Source: Folioceros fuciformis
Lineage: Eukaryota
Direction: 5' to 3'
Assembly (NCBI GenBank): GCA_049999805.1
Contig: JBNGIO010005803.1
Span: 77,203-141,202 of the forward strand
DNA length: 64,000 nucleotides
Part shown: positions 45,960-57,912 of the stretch, piece after piece
Layout: each line of letters begins with the position of its first letter
Numbering within the stretch: position 1 is the first letter of the stretch
Made by a program: the position numbers and the translations under genes
The notes under the pieces: generated by a model
What the model saw: only the letters and a program-made list of their open reading frames with translations
Told to the model about the DNA's origin: nothing
Databases searched by the model: none

Positions 45960-47510
45960 CGTCTGTCTTGCACTGCCCCTCACACGGTCCACGGTTGTGG
46001 TACTTCTCACAGTGTATGTGGGCGCGTGAAGTTACCGCATCTATTTTGCTGCGTTGGTACTCCGAAGAAGGAACCTTCTTGAATGGAACAGTGCCCAAGG
46101 CGGAGTGCCTTTCTTTTCTGACCAGAGTAGGCCCGATATGGTGCATTTCGGGAGCTCGACGCGCTTTCAGCGCGCTCTGGCGAACCGGGAGGTGAAAAGC
46201 GATGTATACGAAAACCTCCCTGGCATCGCCCCATGGCCGAGCGGTCGGCTCCAGTGATCTATGTTGCTAGGAGATCTCAGGGCGAAGGATTCTTCGTGGA
46301 ACTGGTCGTTCACTGTTCCCTGGTACCTCCAGTGCCGCTTCAGCCCATGCTTTTAATGGTCCTTGTACCCTCCTGTGACGGTGCTGTCCCAGCGGATGTG
46401 GCCGGGGGTCCCTCGTAGGCTTTTGTGATGGTGCTGCCCCAGCTCGTGAGGGCTGTGGTCCCTCGTAGGGTTCAGTGATGGTGCTGCTCCATCGTATGCA
46501 TTTAGGGATCCTCGCCAGTGGTGGTGCCGCTCCACCTTGTGCTTCATTTCACAGTTTGCCGACTCAGAGCTAAGCTACGAGCTTGGTGTCCCCTTTCCTT
46601 GGCATTCCAGAGTTAAGAATTCTAGGCCTTCGGTCAAGAATGATGTTCTACGACTTCAGTGTGAAATTTTTTCCGAAACATCGCTACCAGCGTGCTACAG
46701 TCCTCGAATTCTTCCCAAGCTCGAATTGCTTTCTAGGTTGTATCAATTAATGATTCGTCCCTCGAACTGAAGACGAGTTGCCTAAGTAATACGCGCCTGG
46801 TCATCGTTGAGGCGTCCTATGGTCCTTGAGCTTAGGAAGTACTCTTCGTTAAAGACTAAAATACATCATTGTTCTGCTGGCAGCTCCACGTACCTCTCAC
46901 GCACGCAAGTAGGCTTGCCCTGCCGCGAGCAAGAAATATCTCGGTCTCTTGTTTCGAGGCTCTGAGCGATTTGAAGAGGCAGTCACTCCGATGCACTTCC
47001 ATTTTGTCCTCTGCAGAATTTGTCACCTGGCGGGCAAGCATTGGTGAAGCTAGCTACAGCTGAACTTGACGCGCTGAATCATTTCCGGACAGCGCCATCA
47101 TCACAGCATGCAGATAATGTGGTGATACACATACCTAGTCTGCCCCGATAACCAGTGGATCTTTCCTGCATGCAGCCGTAAAAGTCGATCTCGCCCCACG
47201 GCAAGTCCTGTCATGACACCTCTCTTCGCGCGAGCGGCCCGATGTGAGCAGCAAGCCTGCCACGTACCGGTAGAGGAATCTCACAAGATGATGCACCCCT
47301 CGCAAGGTTCGACAGGCACTGCCCCTTGGTTCGCACGTCCAAGTGTAAGCCCATACTTCCCTCCCACCGCTGGGTGCGCCAGCTTCCACCTCTTAGACAT
47401 TGGATCCTCACACTCACCAGCTCGAGGAAAATATACCCAGTATCAGAACGACGTCCAGCTTCGTCTTCATTCAGAACATGGTCCTCCTATACCTCAACAG
47501 TCAACAGTTT
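45960..47510 (-). mobile_element. Possible LTR-retrotransposon relic (PBS-like site and decayed gag)
   Basis: TGGTTATCGGGGC near 47154-47142 resembles a tRNA-iMet PBS. Broken pieces EEYF..LNDDQAR, WEEF..LVAMFRKKF and knuckle-like HCEKYHNRGPC follow. No pol or second LTR seen. Confidence 0.35.
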
Positions 47511-47609
47511 GTTACGCACTGCCCTAATTTGCTTGCTTAGGGGCTAAATTGAAACATGAAAATGAACCTAATTCTATCGCTAATGCATGAGGGAGTGTGG
47601 TTTTTTCTG

Positions 47610-47795
47610 TATAGGAGGGTTTGGGGTTTAGGGTTTAAATTCTAAACCCTATAGGGAGCGTCCATATATACTTTGTGCAATCAGGTTTACTTAGAAAACC
47701 TTAGAAAACCGTTTAGGGTTTAAATCCTAAACCCTACACCCTATAGGAAGCGTTTGTATATACTTTGTGCAATGAGGTTCACTTAGAAACCTTAG
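47610..47795. repeat. Duplicated ~90-bp unit with palindromic telomere-like core
   Basis: TAGGGTTTAAAT(T/C)CTAAACCCTA ... tatatactttgtgcaat..ggtt.acttagaaa occurs twice. Confidence 0.75.
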
Positions 47796-48466
47796 GTGGG
47801 TAATTTTTGAGAATGATGTTCCAAGCGACTAATACCCTTGTTGATCTTTGGCCCTACTGAGATTGTTTCTTGGAGTAGACGGGACAAGTTCATCATATCA
47901 TATCATATGGCTAAGTTTATTTATTTATGGGAAATGAGGCTAATTCTTCAATTTCTTGTCTGAAATAAATATCACAAACTACATTGTTAGTTTATAAAAT
48001 AATCTACACATCTAAATAAATAATAGAAAATTGAGTACCTTGTACAAGGAGAACATCCAAAGATAATTTTTGAGAAAGAAAAAATAAAAAAATAGAAAAA
48101 TAAAATTATCCTTTGTGGCTATGTAGACGCATGAATGAGATGCATAGCAAAGAAAAATAAATTTAATATTTGGTATTTTTGGAGTTTTTACCCTAAGGCT
48201 AAGGTCCCTTTCGTAAAGTGGATCATTTACTTCAATGCTTCGTTAAGTGTGTGATTTAAGTGTCATGTTCTTCCTCTCTTTTTGTTATTAAAATTGAGCT
48301 TTAAGTCCTTTTTTAAAAGAATCTTTATTATAGTTATATAATAAAAAATATCTTAAGAATTTTTTGCCAAAAGACATCTTTCAACTTCAACCAAGAATTA
48401 TTTCTTGGAGTGTAAGCTACCATCTTGTTCATTGTAACTTGAAGGAATAATTGTTTCCCTATAACC

Positions 48467-48566
48467 NNNNNNNNNNNNNNNNNNNNNNNNNNNNNNNNNN
48501 NNNNNNNNNNNNNNNNNNNNNNNNNNNNNNNNNNNNNNNNNNNNNNNNNNNNNNNNNNNNNNNNNN
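48467..48566. other. Assembly gap (100 N)
   Basis: Run of exactly 100 N, so the true size is unknown. Confidence 1.
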
Positions 48567-48779
48567 AGCTTCAACTGTCTATTCTTTAGTTGCAAGAATG
48601 ATCTTCAAACGATGACTTCAAAGAGCCAAAAATGTGTGTTCTTCAAGGATAAGAGTCATATTCTATTCTTTGAAGTCATCGTTGTTTAACCCTAGTTAGA
48701 AGCATTTCTAATCACATGGTTGTTGAAGAGCTTGCTTACAATTGCAGAATAGGGATATCTTTTAAAATACTAAAAGCTA

Positions 48780-50050
48780 TGTTGGAAAGAATTCCACCTC
48801 CAACTTGCCAAAGCTAGACTTTCAACAACCAAGAGCAACACCTGCAACCCTCTAGAGCTACGGTAGAAGTAGCTACATCGTCAACTGGCTAGAGCTATAG
48901 TGAAAGTAGCTACATGTTCAACCAAATCGAGCTACACTAGAAGGAGTTACATGTTCAACTTGCGGAAGCTATACTAGAAGGAGCTACATGTTCAACCTAC
49001 CAAGGCTACACTTGAACTAGCTACACCTTCAACCAGTTGGGGCTACACTAAAAGTAGCTACATCGTCAACAATATGAGCTACACTGAGAGCAACTACATG
49101 GTCAACCAATTTGAGCTACACTAAAAGTAGCTACATCGTCAACTGAGCTACACTAGGAGCAGCTACATCGTCAACCGATTTGAGCTACACTGAATGTAGC
49201 TACATCGTCAACTGAGCTACACTTAAGAATAGCTACATGGTCAACCCATTTGAGCTACATTGAAAGTAGCTACATTGTCAACTGATTCAAGCTACACTGA
49301 AAGTAGCTACATTTCAACCAACTAGAGCTACACTAGAAGGAGCTACACCTCAACCAACTGGAGCTACACTAGAAGTAGCTACATCTTCAACCAGCTAGAG
49401 GTACACCGAAAGTAGCTATGCCTTCAACCAACTAGAGCTACACTAGAAGGAGGTACACCTTCAACTAGCTACACCTACATTGGAAAGAGGTACATCTTCA
49501 TCTGGCTGGAGCTACACCAGAAGTAGCTACATCGTCAACCAGCTAGAGGTACATGGAAAGTAGCTATGCCTTCAACCAACTAGAGCTACACTAGAAGGAG
49601 GTACACCTTCAACTAGCTACACCTACATTGGAAAGAGGTACATCTTCATCTGGCTGGAGCTAGACCAGAAGTAGCTAAACCTTCAACCAGCTATAGCTAC
49701 ACTAGAAGGAGCTACACCTTCAACTGTCTAGAGCTACACCGTCAACTACCTTAAGTAACATTGGCAAGGAGCTACACCTCCAATTGTCTACCTTGAGTAG
49801 CACTTGTCTACCTTGAGTAGCACTAGGAACGAGCTACACCTTCAACTGTCTAGAACTACACTAGAAGGAACTACGCCTTCAATTGGTTCGAGCAACAAAG
49901 AAAAAGCTACACCTTCAACCAACTAGGGCTATGGTGCAAGGAGCTACACCCTCAGTCAACTAGAGCTATGTTGCAAGGAGCTACACCTAAAGAAACAACA
50001 CCGTCAACCAGTTGGAAGGAGCAACAATTGATCTTCAGATGGACCTTCAA
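48780..50050. repeat. ~35-bp satellite (gagctacactagaaggagctacaccttcaaccaacta), about 30 degenerate copies
   Basis: AGCTAC recurs twice per unit throughout, and there is a ~152-bp higher-order duplication at ~49370-49690. Confidence 0.92.
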
Positions 50051-50081
50051 CCATCCAAACGAGTTAGAGTTACACCTGAAC

Positions 50082-50935
50082 AAGCTCCACCACCTTTGGA
50101 AGGAGTTACAAGCTCCACCACCTTTGGAAGGAGTTACACCCAAACCAGCTCCACCACCTTTGGAAGGAGTTACACCCAAACCAGCTCCACCACCTTTGGA
50201 AGGAGTTACACTTGTTACATCTAGAACTGTAGGAAAGAGTTACTCCTATTACATAGAAGGAGTTACATCTGTTACATCTAGAATTGTAGAAAAGAATTAC
50301 ACATGTTACATTCATATCTAGAACTGTAGAAAAGAGTTACACTTGATACATCCTCCAGTGTTGAGAGGAGTTACGCCTGCTATAGCTCCAACGAAAAGGA
50401 GTTACACCAATTACATCTATTACACTTTCAATAAAAACGAGTGGAGTAGCCCCAATTACACTTCCAATCATCGGATGGAGTTACACTTACACTGTAAGGC
50501 TTTCATCAGAGTGACACTCACGATGTTACAGTGACACTCACAATGTTACACTTTCAACGACACCAATTACTCTAATACTTTCAATGACACCAATTACTCT
50601 ATTACTTTCAACGATACCAGTTACTCTAATACTTTCACCCACACCACTTACTCTAATACTTCTAATGACAATAGTTATATTAACACTACTATACTTTCAT
50701 CTACAACTACACTTTGTACCTATGAGAATAACAACCAACATAAGCTATGCTAAAAGAAAGAGCTACAGTGGAAGGGATTACACCTTAAACTTGTAGCACT
50801 TTCATTCACCTTAAACTTGTGGCACCTTCAATACCTTAAACTTGTAGCACTTTCATTCACCTTAACCTTGTGGCACCTTCAATACCTTAAACTTGTAGCA
50901 CTTTCATTCACCTTAAACTTGTGGCACCTTCATTC
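50082..50935. repeat. Further minisatellites adjoining the satellite
   Basis: agctccaccacctttggaaggagttaca x4 (50082-50210), ttactctaatactttca-type units (50560-50700), and accttaaacttgt(a/g)gcac dimer units x6 (50781-50935). Confidence 0.9.
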
Positions 50936-53900
50936 AGGAAGGAACTCCAACGGATAGGATGTAGAGAAGGAGCATGGATAGGGGTGTAGAGAAAGAGCTA
51001 CAATGGAAGGGGCTAAGCCCAAAAGGAACCATGCTATAACCTTCCTGCACTTTCAACCAGTTGGAGGTGCAACAGGATGAGCTACATTTGAAAGGACTGC
51101 ACATAACCAGGACCCATCATAAACAAAAATGGTGGATGTATGTAATTTATTGAGATTAAGCACTTGCATCTTAATAAATTGCAGAACTGTCCGCTAAGCG
51201 GCAAGTCCATCTTTGTGGACAACCTGTCTGCAAAGTTACTTAAAGTATCCAGAGCTTACTCGATGTTTCCGTCATATGCTTATGTAGGACCTGGAAATTG
51301 GGCAGACGGGAACCGGGTACTACCTATAAAAATGCGTGAATCCTGCGCACGATATTGCCCAACAACTTCTCTACCAACCAATCCAAACTTTGGGCAGGCG
51401 CAGTTTCTTGGAGTCTTCCGAATGTCGTGGACAGCGTAGAAAAAGGTGGCAGAACTTCCTCACGAAGAGCCGATCTGGAAACAGGTCAGGTAACCCTCAG
51501 AAACACACCTGGATGGCAGAGAAGGCGGAAAACAGCAGCAACACTGGAGGGATGGCTGATTCAGGGGTCACCTTTCATGCGCCTTCGGAAAGTTCTAAGA
51601 ACTAGGGTGTCCCTTTGCATTCTCATTACGATCGAACAAATCGCAGGTCGCAGAACACGTGAGCTGGGTTCCAAGCCTGCTCAAGAACACGCCATAGAGC
51701 CACGAGAGTACGTCGGTCAGAGAACTGCAGGATGATACATAGATGAGACAACAACGAAGAGAAGTCAAGAGTTACACAATGTAACAACATAAAGATAGAG
51801 AGGTGCCGCATCTCTCGCAATACACCTCACAGCTGAATTGCAGCCTCCACAACCAACGTGTTTAGAACACTGTGACAGACATTAGACACTTGAAATCGCG
51901 GATGAGCCCCCGGATTCCACGACCAATTATGGGGAGGAGGGTGAGAGCCAAGTGTGGTGACGGACACGCGATCCGGCGCTGGCACAAGTATGCAGTGCAG
52001 ATTAAAAGCTCTGTTATTGATGCTGATCTCTCCAAATATGATATGGATATTCGGTGCCTCACACCGAAGAGATCAGCACCAGCACCAGAGCTTTTTATCT
52101 AAAAGAAGACGAGAGGCTTAGTGCTCAACAGCGCAAGTCTCCAAACCAACCAGAGGCCAGCAGACTTCCTTGTCAGGAACTCCAAGCGCGGTGCGCATGG
52201 AAGTCAGCCACTGGTGCAATGGAAGAATAGGAAACCTCACAAGCATTTGCCTGATACAAAGCGTAGGGTGAGCCGCAAACATGGGTCGCAAGCTGCAACA
52301 AAGGAAGCCGGAAGAGCAAGAAGAGTGGCGTTCTTCCAGGGAAAGTGGGATATCTACTAAGGCAGGCAGGCGAGGAGAGAGGAGAGGGATGTTGCGGTGG
52401 ACAGAAGGAATATAAGAGCAATTTGACACATGTATCGATCAGCGGACTCTCTGGAGTGCTCTCTAAAGCAACCCACCGGTGCAATTATGTCAACTACAGA
52501 GAGGAGCTTAAAAAGGCGTACTGCGGGCCTGTGGAATTGCAGATCGAGTCAGGAAGATCACAGAGCAATAAGGCATAAAGAAAAGAATGTAGTACATGCA
52601 TACATTTGTACACACTAGGCCTACTGGGCTGGCCTGTTCAAATCTTTTGAAGCAGAATTGGAATGACGTTTGGCATTCATTGCAAGGGTCTTGGCAAGCA
52701 CGCAGCTATAACAGACTCTGCGAAAGCAGATCAGACACATTGCGACAACCAACCCGTGACTGTGCGATGACCCGGGCCTTTGAAACTTCCCTTCAAACCA
52801 TGCGTGAACGGAAGGCCTAGGAAGACGAGGCGGATACCTGAAAGCTGAGGAGTCGAGTCGGTCCTCGACCCGACCCGACCCGACCCGACCCGAGCCGTAC
52901 CATGTACGTTCCATCAACTGTATCAGATCTGGACAGAATGCATCCCGCTGTACCGGTAGCAAAAAAAATGAAGCTGCGAAATCGAGACGGAACAGGCTTG
53001 GAAGCAGGTAGTCTAGAATAAAACCTGTGTGAAGATGGCAGCTCACCTTACAGAACACGGATGTCATCGATGACTCATGCCCTGTCCTGTCCTGTCCTCC
53101 GCTGTCCTGTCCTGTCCGACTCCCCCGCTGCCTGCACAAATCGAGCTGGTCACTGCTGCAGTTTGACTGTCAAAGCGCTTGTCATCGATCGCAGTTCACC
53201 GCTCTCTCGCAATTATGCAAAGCTTGCCTACCTAGGTCCTAGACTGGTACCTCAGGCGTTACAACCACAATGATCGCATTGGCAGCCGTCCCGGTCTCGG
53301 CTCCTACCGCCTGATCTGACAAGCTCTGGATCTGGCACAAGAAATGAATTAATCACGGTTAGGACTGCGGATTGGCCGGTGCTCAGCTGCAGCCGGAGAT
53401 TGCTGACAAACCCGGGCCCTCCCCCTCCGACCGCATTGATCGCTGCAGCTGCAGCTGCTGCTGCCCTGCCGCTGTTGCTGTAGCCAATCCGAGTGCTTCC
53501 CGCACGCGCCAGCCGGTGCTTCCGCACCACGCAATTCCGGAGCCATCGTCTCCGGGCAGCGGCCCAGGCGGCCGGATCCCGGCCGAGTCTCGTCTCGTCG
53601 CGTCTCGTCTCGGTACGCCCGGCCAGCCTCGTGACGGTACTCCGTCCGCCCACTCGACCTGTCGCAGTTGTACCACCCGGTCCAAGGCGACGAATATGAG
53701 CAGGCCCGCGCGTCACAGGTTGGGCAACGCGCCGGGCATTCCGTGCACATACTATAATGGCGGGTCGCGGTCGCGCATTCACGCTCCCAATGTGCGCCTC
53801 GCCTCGCCCCGCCCCGTCTCCCGTTCCGTTCTGCTGACCGTCGCTCGCCTGAAGCCTTTGTCACAGAGCAGCAGGAGATCCTGCGAGTGCAGATCCGCAA

Positions 53901-54276
53901 GTACGCAGGCGCCCCCTCCTGCTCCCGTTCCGTCGCGCCCGGAAAAGGGACGGGGTAGGTGGCCAAAGGTTAAAGTATGAAACGAGGAAGCAGGTGTGTG
54001 GGGCCTGGGGTTGGCGGTTAGAGCTGCTCATGAGCCTGGAATATCACGTGAAAATATAAAACTATTCCGCTTACCATCGTGTAGACCTGCCGGTTCAAGT
54101 TTAGTTGAACACCGAACCAGGTACGTGGAGTAATCAACTTCTCGGCGACCTATGGCTATCTGCTGCGAGCCTGGACGATCATGCTTCCCACTTCGCACAT
54201 TATCAAATCAGACGATCCATCAAATGTTGTCACAACCAGACACCAGATGTGTGGGGGACGTCAGGTCATCCATCCG

Positions 54277-57200
54277 CTAGTGAGAACGACGGCAGTGAGA
54301 ATGGGGGGTTTGTATCATGGTTGTTTTGGAGAGGAGGTATTTCAGCCTTGAATATATTCTTTCACTGGAAGGATGGTTTCTATCCCTGACCAGAAACGTG
54401 TGCACCAGGCCATGTGTATCCGTCCACCAGCTTTGGCCCGGCTGCTTCCTTGCTCCAACTTGGATTCTCCGTGCCTGCAATGCCTGTGCCTGCTCCAGCA
54501 TCTGGGCACTTGTGTAAATGTTGGACATCGAAACATATGCTGCAGCATCTTTGTCGTCCATCTTCACTGCTTCATAGAAAGCATGGCGTCCCACGTCCAC
54601 GTTGCTCCACTTTTGAGAGGCACCCAACAGGGTGTGCCACACTGCAGCGTGAGGTAGGGTAGGAATTGTCCTGGCCACCGTCAGTGCCTCCTCCAGATGG
54701 CCTGCACGACCCAGGAGGTCCACCATGCAGGTGTAGTGCTCTGCAGTGGGAGTGATGCCATGGCATCTGCTCATGGCTTGGAAGTACTCTTTCCCTTTGC
54801 TAACCAGGCCAGCATGACTGCACGCTGTTAGCAGACTGAGGAATGTGATGCTGTCTGGATGTACACCATCCTCGGTCATTTTCATGACCAAGTCAAACAC
54901 CTCTTTGCTGTTGCCTTGCCGGGCGTATCCTGTGATGAGGGAATTCCAGGCAACGATGTCTCGTTCGGGCAAAGCATCAAAAACCAGCTGCGCATCCATC
55001 ATGCTCCCGGACTTTGCGTACATGTTGATCAAGCTCATGGCTATGAGCCGATCACCTTCGAGCCCTTTTGCTTCCATCTCAGCATGAAGCTGTCTTCCCG
55101 ACTGCACAGCTGCGAGATGTGCATATGCCTGGAGTAGGCACGCAAATGTCACGGAGTCTGGTGCAGCCACACCTTCTTCATGCATAGCCCTGTACACGCG
55201 AAGGGCTTCTTCGCCCATGCCCTGCTGAGAATAGCCTCCCATCAAAGCGGTCCATGTCACCACATTCTTTGAAACAAGACCGTTGAACACGCCCTGTGCA
55301 CTCTCTAGACTGCCGCACTTGGCATACATGTTCACCAGGCTGCAAGCTACATACGCATTGTCCTGGAGCCCATGTTCTGTGATGCGGGCATGCAAATGCT
55401 TCCCTTTCTCGAGAGCCTCTGCACCCACACATGCACATGCCTGCAAGAGGCACACAAATGTCACAGAGTCCGGTGCAGCAATACCTTCTTCCTGCATGGC
55501 AGTGTAAAGTTGGAGGGCCTCTACACCCTTCCCCTGTTTGGCATAACCTGTTATCACGGCATTCCATGTCAACACATTCTTGTGGGCAAGTCCATCAAAG
55601 ACTAGCTGCGCATCTTCTAAGCTGCCACACTTTGCATACATGTTCACCAGGCTGCAACCTACAACGACGTCCTGCCCGAGACCATGTTCTCCAATCTGTA
55701 AATGGAGCTCCTTCCCTTTCTCCAAAGCCGGGGTACCCATACTGGCACAGGCATGCAGGAGGCACGCAAATGTAGCAGAATCCGCACATACAACGCCTTC
55801 TTCCTCCATAGCACTGTGGAGCTGAAGGGCTTCCTCGCCCATGCCCTGTTGACAGTACCCAGCCATCATGGCATTCCATACTACCACATCTTTTTCAGGA
55901 ATCCCCTCAAACACACGCTTGGCCTCCTCAAGGCTGCCACACTTCGCGTACATGTCTACCAGGCTGCAACCTACAACTATATCAGTCTGGAGCCCTTGCT
56001 CCACAATCTGGGCATGAACATGCCTTCCCTGTTCCAAAGCCTGGGTGCCCATAATTGCACACGCGTGCAGGAGGGACACAAATGTCACACGATTGGGCGT
56101 AACAATGCCTTCCTGTCGCATGGCGCTGTAAAGTTGAAGAGTTTCCTGACCTTTGCCGTGCTGGGCATATCCTGCTAGCATGGCATTCCACGTTACCACA
56201 TTCCTTTCACCGACTTCGTCAAACACACGCTGGGCATCTTCTAAGCTGCCGCACTTTGCGTACATATTCACCAGGCTGCTGCCTAGAAACATATCAGGCC
56301 AGAGCCCATGTTCCCGAATCCTAGCATGGAGCTGCATCCCTGTCTCTAACGCCTGGGAACCCATAGTTGCACACGCCTGTAGCAAGGACAGAAAAGTAAC
56401 AGGATCAGGCTCAACCATGCTTTCTTCTTGCATAGCAGTGTAGAGCTGAAGGGCTTTCTGACCCATTCCCTGCTGAGAATATCCTGCTATCAGGGCATTC
56501 CATGTCACCACATCTTTTTGAGGAAGCGCATCAAACACCCTATGTGCGTCTCCCAAACTGCCACACTTGGCATACATATCTACCAAGCAATTGGATACAA
56601 ACATCGCAGGCTTGTCCCCACTCACCAACAACAAGTCAGCATGCACCTGCTGCCCAGTTTCTAAGTCTGCTTCTCTTGCACAAGCCTGTAGGGCTGCCAC
56701 AAAAACATGGCCGTCTGCCTTCACACTCGCCCTATCCATCTCATGATACAATCGAATGGCCTGCTTAGTTTGCCCATGTCTAACATGTGCAGATATCATG
56801 GAGGACCACATGAAGGCATTTGGTTTTCCCACCCTGAAGAACACATCCATCGCTTCTTCCAACCTGCCATGAGCAGCGTACATTCGCAGGATATGGTTGC
56901 ACAAGAACGGGTCCGACTCGTACCCCCTCTCCACTGTGAGAGCATGGACACGGCGACCTAGAACCAGATCCTTCTTAACCGCACACTTTCTGACAACAGT
57001 GTAGAAGAGAGTCTGGGAAATGCCGCAGTCTCTCTGCACCAGAACTCCCAAAGCCTCAACAGCCTCAGACAACTGCTCCTGCGCACACAATCGGGTAACA
57101 GTTTCGGCATCCATGTGCCGTTCGTATCCTGTACACCTGCAGTGGTCAGGGCCACGCCATGGGGATGTGTGGGAACGAGGTCCCTTCTTCATATCCACAA

Positions 57201-57327
57201 CAGCAAGCTGCCCATCCACCCGCCCCTCGGGAGATGTCGTCCCTCCAATTTCCGTCTGGTGGATCCAGGAAAGCTGTTGCCATCGATACCGTCTGCATGC
57301 ATGAAGTGAAACCACCCTGACGGCCAT
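54277..57327 (-). CDS. Intronless PLS-PPR protein, E1-E2 plus truncated DYW:WW domain (E+), no deaminase site
   Basis: P-L-S arrays, then KQPGQSWWTD..GLVHTFLVRDRNHP..IYSRLK followed by stop, with no HxE or CxxC. ATG 57327 (MAVRVVSL) aligns with the paralog's start. Confidence 0.93.
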   Translation of the reverse strand: MAVRVVSLHACRRYRWQQLSWIHQTEIGGTTSPEGRVDGQLAVVDMKKGPRSHTSPWRGPDHCRCTGYERHMDAETVTRLCAQEQLSEAVEALGVLVQRDCGISQTLFYTVVRKCAVKKDLVLGRRVHALTVERGYESDPFLCNHILRMYAAHGRLEEAMDVFFRVGKPNAFMWSSMISAHVRHGQTKQAIRLYHEMDRASVKADGHVFVAALQACAREADLETGQQVHADLLLVSGDKPAMFVSNCLVDMYAKCGSLGDAHRVFDALPQKDVVTWNALIAGYSQQGMGQKALQLYTAMQEESMVEPDPVTFLSLLQACATMGSQALETGMQLHARIREHGLWPDMFLGSSLVNMYAKCGSLEDAQRVFDEVGERNVVTWNAMLAGYAQHGKGQETLQLYSAMRQEGIVTPNRVTFVSLLHACAIMGTQALEQGRHVHAQIVEQGLQTDIVVGCSLVDMYAKCGSLEEAKRVFEGIPEKDVVVWNAMMAGYCQQGMGEEALQLHSAMEEEGVVCADSATFACLLHACASMGTPALEKGKELHLQIGEHGLGQDVVVGCSLVNMYAKCGSLEDAQLVFDGLAHKNVLTWNAVITGYAKQGKGVEALQLYTAMQEEGIAAPDSVTFVCLLQACACVGAEALEKGKHLHARITEHGLQDNAYVACSLVNMYAKCGSLESAQGVFNGLVSKNVVTWTALMGGYSQQGMGEEALRVYRAMHEEGVAAPDSVTFACLLQAYAHLAAVQSGRQLHAEMEAKGLEGDRLIAMSLINMYAKSGSMMDAQLVFDALPERDIVAWNSLITGYARQGNSKEVFDLVMKMTEDGVHPDSITFLSLLTACSHAGLVSKGKEYFQAMSRCHGITPTAEHYTCMVDLLGRAGHLEEALTVARTIPTLPHAAVWHTLLGASQKWSNVDVGRHAFYEAVKMDDKDAAAYVSMSNIYTSAQMLEQAQALQARRIQVGARKQPGQSWWTDTHGLVHTFLVRDRNHPSSERIYSRLKYLLSKTTMIQTPHSHCRRSH

Positions 57328-57912
57328 GATTGGCAGAGGCGCACACTGAACCCATGGACTCGGGCCTGACACGATCCAGCTGCAGCACACCAGGCCTGCA
57401 AGGTGCGAACTTGATCTCCAGTAGTCCTACTAACGATCGCTGCGGCATCGAACTTGTTAGCTGCTGGACACCCACATCAGCATTTGTGTCACGTTTCGTT
57501 GCCCATCCAGATGTCGAGCAGTCCAATCGTAGCGCTTGCACCGGAAACGGGCACAAACTGGAGTATTGTGCCTCCAATTCACGAGCTATGACGCATGCAT
57601 GTATTATGAGCTGTGGAGCATTGCAGCAGGAGGCGGTCTGACGAGTATGGTAACAAATTGAGATGCCTGCTGCAAACCTTGTTGCAGAGGTTGCAGAATC
57701 AGGAATTTTCTGCCACCCCTTATGGATCTGCAAGGTGTCGAAAGCGCTACGGGCGCAATTGCTGGCTCGCCGGAGCTGGGTTTTGGTCTCTTGGCAGGAC
57801 AGTCTCGTGTGTGCCAACAAACATCCAAGTTTGTGCACGCAAGTCGAAACCATGAAGATGCCTGCTCTGTAACGTGATGTGACGGGAGGACGATGCAGCA
57901 ATGATGCTGATC

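Noticed and set aside
45283-47510. snoRNA cluster captured inside an LTR retrotransposon
   Set aside because: No second LTR or target-site duplication on the left, and the cluster has its own promoter-like elements. An adjacent insertion is more likely.
47610-47745. Interstitial telomere or chromosome-fusion scar
   Set aside because: Only 1-3 imperfect TTTAGGG units per site, inside a duplicated unit.
49968-50321. Pro-rich ORF (APPPLEGVTPKP)n resembling an extensin
   Set aside because: It is the translation of a 36-bp minisatellite inside a satellite block, with no signal peptide or gene context.
53252-53782. ORF ending ...SAVLTVINSFLVP, faintly like a fasciclin H2 motif
   Set aside because: No H1 motif or signal peptide, and the ORF crosses microsatellites; too weak to call.
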